NCBI GenBank assembly: GCA_045642725.1
Contig: JAZUJJ010000105.1
Coordinates: 5,584-69,583 of the forward strand
Length of the DNA: 64,000 bases
Direction: 5' to 3'
Source of the DNA: Acutalibacteraceae bacterium
GTDB taxonomy: Bacteria; Bacillota; Clostridia; Oscillospirales; Acutalibacteraceae
Shown: one piece after another, positions 9,005-17,009 of the stretch
How positions within the stretch are numbered: position 1 is the stretch's first letter
Layout of the letters: each line of letters begins with the position of its first letter
Translations under genes and position numbers: made by a program
The notes under the pieces: model-generated
The model's input: the letters and a program-made list of their open reading frames with translations, nothing else
Told to the model about the DNA's origin: nothing
Databases searched by the model: none

Positions 9005-9286
9005 ATGTACGAAGACAAGACTCTCATCTGCAAGGAATGCGGAAATGAATTCGTTTTCACCGCCGGTGAACAGGAATTCTATGCTGAAAAAGGCTTTGTA
9101 AATGAGCCTCAGCGTTGCAAGGCTTGCCGTGATGCACGCAAGAACGCAACCCGTGGCGAGCGTGAATGGTTTGAGGCAACTTGTGATTCCTGCGGTGGAG
9201 TTGCAAAAGTTCCCTTTAAGCCGCGTGAGGACAGACCTGTTTATTGCAGCGAATGCTTTGCAAAGAAACAGCAGGAAGAAGCATAA
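9005..9286 (+). CDS. Zinc-ribbon plus CxxC-x17-CxxC domain protein (93 aa)
   Basis: MYEDKTLICKECGNEFVFTAGEQEFYAEKGF...CKAC...CDSCG..17..CSEC; GAGG RBS supports ATG 9005 rather than 8936. Confidence 0.85.
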   Translation: MYEDKTLICKECGNEFVFTAGEQEFYAEKGFVNEPQRCKACRDARKNATRGEREWFEATCDSCGGVAKVPFKPREDRPVYCSECFAKKQQEEA

Positions 9287-9305
9287 TTCCGTCCGAACAA
9301 AAGTG

Positions 9306-9335
9306 ACCGACCCGTTTCCGGGTCGGTTTTTCTTT
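9306..9335 (+). terminator. Rho-independent terminator
   Basis: ACCGACCCG-TTTC-CGGGTCGGT then TTTTCTTT. Confidence 0.85.
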
Positions 9336-9438
9336 GGGCTGCCTCTTCATGCAAACCGGAAATATGTAAATAACATATAAATCAATCCGGAGCGGCAGAG
9401 GTTGTCTGCTATAAAATGATAAAAAATAAAAAAAAGTC

Positions 9439-9467
9439 TTTACAAAGAGAAATCTTTGTGCTATAAT
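9439..9467 (+). promoter_or_regulatory. Strong sigma-A promoter of rpsO
   Basis: TTTACA-17-TATAAT, extended TG, upstream A-tract. Confidence 0.85.
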
Positions 9468-9473
9468 CCCGTT

Positions 9474-9572
9474 TGCATGTGCCCGGTACACGGTTGACGG
9501 AGTAAGCCTCACTGAGGAAATCACCTGCCGCTTACTGAGTCCGAGGCAAATATTTTAATGAGGTGAAAGATT
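9474..9572 (+). promoter_or_regulatory. Structured rpsO leader (probable S15 autoregulatory RNA)
   Basis: Nested helices TGCCCGG/CCGAGGCA, GAC/GTC, AGTAAGC/GCTTACT between promoter and RBS; S15 leaders are established in Firmicutes. Confidence 0.55.
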
Positions 9573-9836
9573 ATGACACAGGCAGAAAAACAGGCAATCA
9601 TGAAAGAATATGCAACTCACGAGGGCGACACAGGTTCACCCGAAGTACAGATTGCTGTTCTTACCAAGAGAATCAACGACCTTAACGCTCATCTTACCGT
9701 ACACAAGAAGGATCACCACAGCCGCAGAGGCCTTCTTATGATGGTCGGTCACAGAAGAAACCTCCTTGCTTACCTTCAGAAGGTTGACATCGAGCGTTAC
9801 CGTTCAATCGTTGCAAGACTTGGTCTGCGTAAATAA
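9573..9836 (+). CDS. rpsO: 30S ribosomal protein S15
   Basis: [25 protein letters not shown]. Confidence 0.98.
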   Translation: MTQAEKQAIMKEYATHEGDTGSPEVQIAVLTKRINDLNAHLTVHKKDHHSRRGLLMMVGHRRNLLAYLQKVDIERYRSIVARLGLRK

Positions 9837-9847
9837 TTGCAAACAGA

Positions 9848-9877
9848 AAGCAGGCAGGAGGTCTCTTGCCTGCTTTT
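9848..9877 (+). terminator. Hairpin between rpsO and pnp
   Basis: AAGCAGGCAGGAG/CTCTTGCCTGCTT followed by TT. Confidence 0.75.
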
Positions 9878-10018
9878 CAAACTTTTTATTATCAACAATC
9901 CGACAGGCGAATATCGGTATTTTTAGCGGTAAATCGGGAGCAAATGAACCATTTACTTCGGATTTATTGCTAAAAGCCGTTCAGACCTGCGGAAATAAAT
10001 AAAAGAAGAGGTAAAAGT

Positions 10019-12199
10019 ATGTTTTTTGAAGCTTTCAAAAAGTATGAAACCGAAATCGCAGGCAGACCTTTTGTCGTAGAAGTCGGCAAAATGGCTCAGC
10101 TCGCAGGCGGCTCCTGCCTTGTTCGTTACGGTGAAACCAACGTTCTCTGTACCGCAACAATGGCTCCCAAGCCCCGTGAAGGCGTGGATTTCTTCCCCCT
10201 TTCCGTTGACTATGAGGAAAAGCTCTATTCAGTAGGCAGAATTCCCGGCTCATTCCAGCGCCGTGAAGGCAAGGCAAGCGAAAAGGCCACCCTTGCTTCC
10301 AGAGTTATCGACAGACCCATCCGTCCTCTTTTCCCCAAGGATATGAGAAACGATGTCGGCGTTGTAGCCACCGTTATGTCAGTTGACCCTGACTGCGAGC
10401 CCGGTATCACCGCAATGCTCGGTGTTTCCATTGCAATTTCAATTTCCGAAATTCCCTGGGACGGCCCCGTTTCCGGTGTTGTTGTAGGCCTTGTTGACGG
10501 TCAGTATGTCATCAACCCCACTCTCGAGCAGAGAGCAAAGAGCGAAATGTATGTTACCGTTGCTTCCACAAGTGACCTTGTTGCCATGATCGAAGCAGGC
10601 GCAAACGAGATTTCCAACGACGATATGTACGACGGAATCATGTTCGCTCACAAAGAAAATCAGAGAATAGTTGAGTTCATCAACAAGATTAAAGAGGAAT
10701 GCGGCAAAGAAAAGGTCGATTTCCCCTCCAACGATCCCGACCCCGAAATGTATGAGGCTATCAAGGACTTCGCCATTGAGGATATCCGTGCCGCTCTTGA
10801 CACAGATGACAAGAGAATCCGTGACGACAGACTTAAGCCTGTTTATGATAAGGTTCACGAGAAGTTCGACGAGATTTACCCCGAAATGGAAGTAAAAATC
10901 GAAGAATGTCTTTACAAGGTTCAGAAGTATGTTGTCCGCCGCTGGCTTCTTGATGACGGCAAGCGTGTTGACGGCAGAGGAATCAACGAAATCCGTCCTC
11001 TTAATGCCGAAGTTGACCTTCTTGACAGAGTTCACGGCTCAGGTATGTTCACAAGAGGTCAGACCCAGGTTCTTTCCGTAACCACACTCGGCCCCATGAG
11101 CGATGCACAGCTTCTTGACGGCCTTGATGAAGAAGAATCCAAGAGATATATCCATCATTATAATTTCCCCTCATACTCCGTTGGTGAAACAAAGCCCAGC
11201 AGAGGCCCCGGCAGAAGAGAAATCGGCCACGGCGCACTTGCAGAGCGTTCACTTGTTCCCGTTCTTCCTTCAGTTGAAGAGTTCCCCTATACCATCAGAG
11301 TAGTTTCCGAGGTTCTTTCCTCCAACGGTTCCACCTCTCAGGGCTCAGTCTGCGGCTCAACCCTTTCACTTATGGCTGCCGGCGTTCCCATCAAGGCTCC
11401 CGTTGCAGGTATTTCCTGCGGACTTATCACCGAGGGCGACCGCTTCATGACCATGGTTGACATTCAGGGTCTTGAAGACTTCTTCGGCGATATGGACTTT
11501 AAGGTTGCAGGTACAAAGAAGGGTATCACCTCCATTCAGATGGACCTTAAGGTACACGGCCTTACCCCCGCTATCATCAGAGAAGCTCTTGAAAAGACAT
11601 ATAAAGCACGCTGCTACATCATTGATGAAATCATGACTCCCGTTATTGCCGAGCCTCGCAAGGAGCTTTCAAAGTGGGCTCCCAAGATGCTTACCACCAA
11701 GATTGACCCCGAAAAGATCGGTGATGTTATCGGCAAGCAGGGCAAGGTCATTCAGAAGATATGTGCCGAGTGCGACTGCAAGATCGATGTTCAGGAAGAC
11801 GGTAATGTATTCATTTCCTCTACTGATATTGAAAATGCAAAGAGAGCAATCTTTATTGTTGAAACCATTGCCAACGGTCCCGAAGTCGGTTCAATTTACA
11901 ACGGTGTTGTTACCCGTCTTATGAGCTTCGGTGCTTTCGTTGAGATAGCTCCCGGTGTTGAAGGTATGGTTCACATCAGCCAGCTTGATGTCAAGAGAAC
12001 CGAAAAGGTTGAGGATGTTGTTGCCGTCGGTGACAGCGTAATGGTTAAGGTTCTTCCCAAGGATGACCAGGGCAGACTTAATTTCTCACGCCGCGAAGCT
12101 CTTATTGAAGTAAAGGGTCTTGTTCCCGAAAATACTGTTTCCGATGCACCCCGCAAGGAATTCAGAGGCAACAGAAGAGCTCCCAAGCATAATGACTGA
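10019..12199 (+). CDS. pnp: Polyribonucleotide nucleotidyltransferase (PNPase)
   Basis: DFFPLSVDYEE, RREIGHGALAER, DMDFKVAGT, KH and S1 domains. Confidence 0.98.
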   Translation: MFFEAFKKYETEIAGRPFVVEVGKMAQLAGGSCLVRYGETNVLCTATMAPKPREGVDFFPLSVDYEEKLYSVGRIPGSFQRREGKASEKATLASRVIDRPIRPLFPKDMRNDVGVVATVMSVDPDCEPGITAMLGVSIAISISEIPWDGPVSGVVVGLVDGQYVINPTLEQRAKSEMYVTVASTSDLVAMIEAGANEISNDDMYDGIMFAHKENQRIVEFINKIKEECGKEKVDFPSNDPDPEMYEAIKDFAIEDIRAALDTDDKRIRDDRLKPVYDKVHEKFDEIYPEMEVKIEECLYKVQKYVVRRWLLDDGKRVDGRGINEIRPLNAEVDLLDRVHGSGMFTRGQTQVLSVTTLGPMSDAQLLDGLDEEESKRYIHHYNFPSYSVGETKPSRGPGRREIGHGALAERSLVPVLPSVEEFPYTIRVVSEVLSSNGSTSQGSVCGSTLSLMAAGVPIKAPVAGISCGLITEGDRFMTMVDIQGLEDFFGDMDFKVAGTKKGITSIQMDLKVHGLTPAIIREALEKTYKARCYIIDEIMTPVIAEPRKELSKWAPKMLTTKIDPEKIGDVIGKQGKVIQKICAECDCKIDVQEDGNVFISSTDIENAKRAIFIVETIANGPEVGSIYNGVVTRLMSFGAFVEIAPGVEGMVHISQLDVKRTEKVEDVVAVGDSVMVKVLPKDDQGRLNFSRREALIEVKGLVPENTVSDAPRKEFRGNRRAPKHND

Positions 12200-12233
12200 T
12201 CCGGCTGCCGAAAGCAACTGAAATAAAACGAAT

Positions 12234-12280
12234 GAGAGATGATTTACGGAAATTCCGTTAAAATCATCTCTCTGTTTTTT
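12234..12280. repeat. REP-like hairpin/terminator, family copy 2
   Basis: GAGAGATGATTT-ACGGAAATTCCGT-TA-AAATCATCTCTC then TGTTTTTTT. Confidence 0.75.
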
Positions 12281-12347
12281 ATGTAATATTATTGACGAAA
12301 ACCGATTTTCATATATAATAAAGGTATCAAAATACCGGGAGGCAATT

Positions 12348-13202
12348 ATGGAAAAGATTACTTCTTTCTTTACGACTCTGACCCTGATTTTCTCTTATAT
12401 TTTCGGCTTTTCGTCACCCACGGTGACGGGCCCTGTCAGAATAACCGCAAAGGATTCCCTTGTGGGCTTTGCCGCTCTTTATGCGGGGCAGGGGATTGCC
12501 GCCGACGAGGAGCATTACTACACCTCGGGTTCGGTTTTTAATCAGAAAAGCGGTATCGGTCTGCAGTTCCTTGCCAAATGGACTGCCGACGGCTTCAAAA
12601 GAGAAAAAATAAATCTTTCTCCCATACCGAAAGAATATAAAAAGAATTACGGCAGCGGTCACATCGGCGGCATAAGCTGCTGTGACGGAGTGATTTATGC
12701 TCCGGTCGAAGGTACGGATTACAGCATCAATTTCATTTTCCTTTATGATGCGGATGACCTTTCGCTGATAAAGGCTTATGATGTGAGCTGTGAGGAGTTG
12801 ACCGACGGTATTCCCTGGGTGGCGGTTGACAGAGAAAACGGTTTTGTTTACACCTCAAAATGGGGAGAAACGGACTGCCTGCTCCGCTTCAATCTTGATG
12901 ATATGACCCCGGCGGGCAAGGTTGAGCTTTCCGAGCCGATTTCCCGCATTCAGGGCGGAGACTTTTATAACGGAATTCTCTATCTTTCACGGGATAACAG
13001 CGATTCAACAGAAGAAAAAATTCTTGCCGTCAATACGGAAAACGGTGAAATTTCAACGGCATTTGTGCCTCAGATGACGGGTTATGACAACGAATCCGAG
13101 GATATGACGGTTTTCCCGAGAGCCGACGGAAGCCTTTTTCATGTGCTTAATTATGACAAGCTTATCGGCCTTAATATAATGCACTATGCTGAAGAAAACT
13201 GA
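12348..13202 (+). CDS. Hypothetical, probable beta-propeller surface protein
   Basis: Repeated blade-like motifs (GQGIAAD, HIGGIS, IPWVAVD, IQGGDF, ESEDMTV); Phe-rich N-terminus. Confidence 0.55.
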   Translation: MEKITSFFTTLTLIFSYIFGFSSPTVTGPVRITAKDSLVGFAALYAGQGIAADEEHYYTSGSVFNQKSGIGLQFLAKWTADGFKREKINLSPIPKEYKKNYGSGHIGGISCCDGVIYAPVEGTDYSINFIFLYDADDLSLIKAYDVSCEELTDGIPWVAVDRENGFVYTSKWGETDCLLRFNLDDMTPAGKVELSEPISRIQGGDFYNGILYLSRDNSDSTEEKILAVNTENGEISTAFVPQMTGYDNESEDMTVFPRADGSLFHVLNYDKLIGLNIMHYAEEN

Positions 13203-13210
13203 TAATACGG

Positions 13211-13239
13211 TTGAAAATAACGGCGTTTGGTGCTACAAT
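13211..13239 (+). promoter_or_regulatory. Sigma-A promoter
   Basis: TTGAAA-17-TACAAT with extended TG. Confidence 0.6.
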
Positions 13240-13268
13240 ATCAGCATATTTTTTTCGGAGGAGATACC

Positions 13269-14603
13269 ATGTTTTCATTCACTAATTTTTTTGCACAGTT
13301 CATGAGTAAATTCCTTACGGGATTCTTTACCCTTGAATTCAGTATTTTTTCACTTTTCGGCGGTGTAGGCCGTGAGCTTCCCAAAACCCCGTCCGATTTC
13401 ACCCCCGTGCTTCGCTTTGCCGTTTGCAGTGATGTTCACCTCAGAGGCGAAACCGAATCCGAAGGCGGAAAGAAAACCGCAGAGCATTTTGAAAAAATGC
13501 TTAAGGGCGTTAATGCTTATGCAGAGGAATGCAGCTATGACAAGCTTGACGCACTTATGGTTGTGGGCGATATGACAAGCGGCGGCGCTCCCGAGGAGTA
13601 TGAGCAGTTCAACGCAATTCTTGACGAAAATCTTAAGGATGAAACCCAGAGATTGATTATTCTCGGCAATCACGAATTTATTGATTACCGTGATTATGAC
13701 CCGACTATCGGTTATGATATGTTCAAAAAGTATATCAGAGAAGATGTTGATGATCACCGCGTTATCAACGGTTATCACTTCATCGGCGTTTCTTATTCCG
13801 ATGATGCTAAGACCTTTAACGGCAAGACAGCATGGCTTAAGAGCGAGATTAAAAAGGCCGTTGCCGATACCGGCGACAAGCCCGTTTTCGTTTATCAGCA
13901 TCCGCAGCCCTTCAATACTGTTTACGGCAGTGTTAACTGGGGTTCATTTGAAATGAAGACCGCTCTTGTGGGCTTCCCTCAGGTTGTTGATTTTTCGGGC
14001 CATTCCCATTACGCCAACACTGACCCCCGCTCAATCTGGCAGGGCGCATTTACCGCAATCGGCACGGGCTCAACGGCGGCACTTATGGGTAATCTCAATT
14101 ACATCAGCGGCGATGAAGATGCTCCCGGTGAATCCGGTGCCTGCTGGATTGTTGAGGTTGATGCAGACGGCAATATCCGCCTTCAGGTTTATGATGTTGT
14201 CAACGATAAATTCTTTGAAAATAACGAATACTATCTTTCCGATGTTGCAAAGCAGAGTGCTCACAGATACACATGGGGCAATCTGAAATCCCATGACACG
14301 GCTCCCGTTTTCCCCGAAAATGCTCAGATCGGTGCGGTCAGAAACGAAAACGGCAATGTCAGCCTTACCTTCCCCGATGCTCAGTGCTTCTGGGGTGCCG
14401 AAAACTATAAGATAGTTGTCAAAAACGGCGGCAGTGAGGTCTATGCCGGAACGGTAATCTCAAACTATGTCCGCACGGTTTCCGACGGAATGAGCGCCGA
14501 TATCGGCAACATTCCCGCAGGCGAATATAAAGTCAGTATCACTCCTTACAGCCCCTACGCCAAAGGCGGAAAAGCAATCAGCGGAACGATTACGGTGGAA
14601 TAA
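13269..14603 (+). CDS. Calcineurin-like metallophosphoesterase with C-terminal Fn3-like domain
   Basis: SDVH, VGDMT, GNHE, FSGHSH; GGAGG RBS supports ATG 13269. Confidence 0.85.
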   Translation: MFSFTNFFAQFMSKFLTGFFTLEFSIFSLFGGVGRELPKTPSDFTPVLRFAVCSDVHLRGETESEGGKKTAEHFEKMLKGVNAYAEECSYDKLDALMVVGDMTSGGAPEEYEQFNAILDENLKDETQRLIILGNHEFIDYRDYDPTIGYDMFKKYIREDVDDHRVINGYHFIGVSYSDDAKTFNGKTAWLKSEIKKAVADTGDKPVFVYQHPQPFNTVYGSVNWGSFEMKTALVGFPQVVDFSGHSHYANTDPRSIWQGAFTAIGTGSTAALMGNLNYISGDEDAPGESGACWIVEVDADGNIRLQVYDVVNDKFFENNEYYLSDVAKQSAHRYTWGNLKSHDTAPVFPENAQIGAVRNENGNVSLTFPDAQCFWGAENYKIVVKNGGSEVYAGTVISNYVRTVSDGMSADIGNIPAGEYKVSITPYSPYAKGGKAISGTITVE

Positions 14604-14655
14604 GCTCCGTGCTGCAAATGCGGAAGTCCGAATAAATCAACAGGAGTAAAAAGAT

Positions 14656-15777
14656 ATGAAAAAATCATTAAAACTTCTCTCTGTATTTCTTTGCTTTGTG
14701 CTTGTTCTGTGTTCATTTTCCGTTGCGGCAAATGCCGATTCAAAGCCTAAAGATAACCTGAAAGTAACTGTTACAACAAACAAAGAAAGCTACGGCCTGT
14801 TTGAAAAACCTGTCATCACGTTGACGGTTGAAAACAAGGGCAATGTTGCCGTTTCCGGTGTCAGAGCAGGTATTTCCGGCGGCAACTATCTTCCCCTTAA
14901 AGGCAGCAGAATAAATTGCAGTGCGGCTGTGCTTATGCCGGGTCAGACCTGCAGCGTTTCATTTACCGCCGTTCTTTCACCCGAAACAAAAGGTCTGAGC
15001 TTTATCGGATCGATTCTTCTCAAATTCAGAAATCTGTTTGTAAAAACCGATATTATTCCGCTGACGGGTATAAGCCCCGAATACGCCGTATATACAAATA
15101 CAAAAACAACTCACGGAAAAGTAAATGCAAGTATATCCGCTTATGCTGTCTGCGGTGATGCATTGACCGTTGCCGAGGGTGAAGATGCTGCAGAGCTTCT
15201 TTCTCTCTATAACAGCGCCGTAATCAATACCAACGAAAACGGCGATGTAACCGGAACTCAGAGATTGGCGGTCAATGATATAAAGGCCGGCGGAAGTATG
15301 GGAAAAATTATCGAAACCGCCCTTCCCGTCATAGAAAGCACATTGAAAAATACGCAGGGGGAACAAAGCGGGGTTCCCGGTAAAGGTCTGCTGACAACGG
15401 ATGATATTGAAGCTATTGCAAGTGTAAAAGATGAAGAAAGCACAAAAATCATCATTAAAGTCAAGGACCAGCTTGACGGCTTTAATGCAGATGGTGAAAA
15501 CGGCGGCCCCGTTTCAAGAGCTATCGAAACATTAGGCTCCATTTCTGCCGCATTTGAGGCTCTCGGTGCAGAGGTGAAATCCGGTGCGGAAACCCTCAGC
15601 CTCAATTATAATGATGCTTACATAATCTGCGAAATCGATAATGACGGATTTATTACAGGCGGTACATGGCACTATAATGTTGATATGTCCATAGGTAATA
15701 TGACCGCCGATATGCAGGGAATAAATTTAAGCTTCAAAGATTTGTCGGCAAATATGGACTGGTTTGTTGAAATATAA
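14656..15777 (+). CDS. Exported hypothetical protein with CARDB/Ig-like N-terminal domain
   Basis: Signal peptide; VITLTVENKGNVAVSGV..LMPGQTCSVSF pattern. Confidence 0.6.
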   Translation: MKKSLKLLSVFLCFVLVLCSFSVAANADSKPKDNLKVTVTTNKESYGLFEKPVITLTVENKGNVAVSGVRAGISGGNYLPLKGSRINCSAAVLMPGQTCSVSFTAVLSPETKGLSFIGSILLKFRNLFVKTDIIPLTGISPEYAVYTNTKTTHGKVNASISAYAVCGDALTVAEGEDAAELLSLYNSAVINTNENGDVTGTQRLAVNDIKAGGSMGKIIETALPVIESTLKNTQGEQSGVPGKGLLTTDDIEAIASVKDEESTKIIIKVKDQLDGFNADGENGGPVSRAIETLGSISAAFEALGAEVKSGAETLSLNYNDAYIICEIDNDGFITGGTWHYNVDMSIGNMTADMQGINLSFKDLSANMDWFVEI

Positions 15778-15791
15778 AACGAAAAAAAAAC

Positions 15792-15840
15792 ACAGAGAGA
15801 AGATTTCAGGGTCAAATTCCGAATCATCTCTCTGTTTATT
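15792..15840. repeat. REP-like hairpin/bidirectional terminator, family copy 3
   Basis: ACAGAGAGA..AATTCCG-AATCATCTCTCTGTTT; the 16-mer AATCATCTCTCTGTTT is identical to 12262-12277. Confidence 0.7.
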
Positions 15841-15868
15841 TTTATTATTTTTTGCCGTAATCCGGCAC

Positions 15869-16534
15869 TTAAAGCTTTTCTTCCTCCAGCCCGTTTACCT
15901 TCGGCAGATTCCAGCGAAAAACGGTAGCGAGGATTCTGATGATGAGAATGAGCAGAGCGGAGATAATAAATGCCGTTGTTTCGCTGACAGCGGAATATTC
16001 CGTCATAAGCTGATAGACAAGGCAGCCGACAAGGGCGGCAAGTGCATAAATTCTCTTTTTGAGTATCATGGGTATTTTGCCCGCCATAATGTCTCTCATA
16101 ACTCCTCCGCCGACAGCCGTAAGCAAACCGACAAAAACGGAAAGATAGGCGTTTTCGCCGAAGCCGCAGGCGTGGGCACGGTTTACACCGTCAATGGCGA
16201 AAATTGCAAGTCCCATTGAGTCAATTATGTTTATTATTCTTGAATAAGAGTCAAAATGCGGCTGAATTTCCTTTCCGCGGAAATAAGCAACGGTGAATAC
16301 CGCCGTTGAAACGAGAAGCGCCGTAAAGGAAAAAACGGGCTCTCTGAAGGCAACGGGCGGAGTGTCGCCGAGAATCAGGTCACGGATTATTCCGCCGCCT
16401 ACGGAGGTGACAAGGCCGAGAACAAGGGCACCGAAAATGTCAAGCTTCCGGGTGAGTGCGGTAATGACGCCGCTGACGGCAAAGGCTGCCGTTCCGATGA
16501 CTTCAAGTATAAAAATGAGGTTATCAATTATCAT
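15869..16534 (-). CDS. TRIC cation-channel family (UPF0126) membrane protein
   Basis: Duplicated GGGIIRD / GGGVMRD motifs; likely start 16534. Confidence 0.88.
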   Translation of the reverse strand: MIIDNLIFILEVIGTAAFAVSGVITALTRKLDIFGALVLGLVTSVGGGIIRDLILGDTPPVAFREPVFSFTALLVSTAVFTVAYFRGKEIQPHFDSYSRIINIIDSMGLAIFAIDGVNRAHACGFGENAYLSVFVGLLTAVGGGVMRDIMAGKIPMILKKRIYALAALVGCLVYQLMTEYSAVSETTAFIISALLILIIRILATVFRWNLPKVNGLEEEKL

Positions 16535-17009
16535 TGTTTTCCACACTTTTCTTTGTGTTCTTTGATTTGCGCAGATCAATGAAAAACTCACTGAGCAGGG
16601 CAGAGCATTCCTCCTGCATAAATCCGCTCACGACCTCGGGCTTATGATTGTAGGGCAAATCAAAAAGATTTATTACCGAGCCGCAGGAGCCTGCTTTTGT
16701 GTCGGCTGCGCCGTAAACCAGGCGGCGTATGCGTGAGTTTATAATGGCCCCCGTGCACATGGGGCACGGCTCAAGGGTGACAAACATTTCGCACTCCCAG
16801 AGCCGCCATCCGCCGAGCTTTTTGCAGGCAAGGTCAATGGCTTCAAGCTCCGCATGAGCGAGAGCGTTTTTACCGTTTTCACGCCTGTTTCTGCCAACTG
16901 AAACAATTTCTCCGTGCTTTGTTATTACGGCTCCCACGGGCACTTCAAGCTCCGCAGCGGAGAGCTTTGCCTGTTCAAGGGCAAGCATCATAAAATCATT
17001 ATCTGTCAT
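16524..17009 (-). CDS. tadA: tRNA-specific adenosine deaminase
   Basis: EVPVGAV, HAE, TLEPCPMCTGA. Confidence 0.92.
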   Translation of the reverse strand: MTDNDFMMLALEQAKLSAAELEVPVGAVITKHGEIVSVGRNRRENGKNALAHAELEAIDLACKKLGGWRLWECEMFVTLEPCPMCTGAIINSRIRRLVYGAADTKAGSCGSVINLFDLPYNHKPEVVSGFMQEECSALLSEFFIDLRKSKNTKKSVENNDN

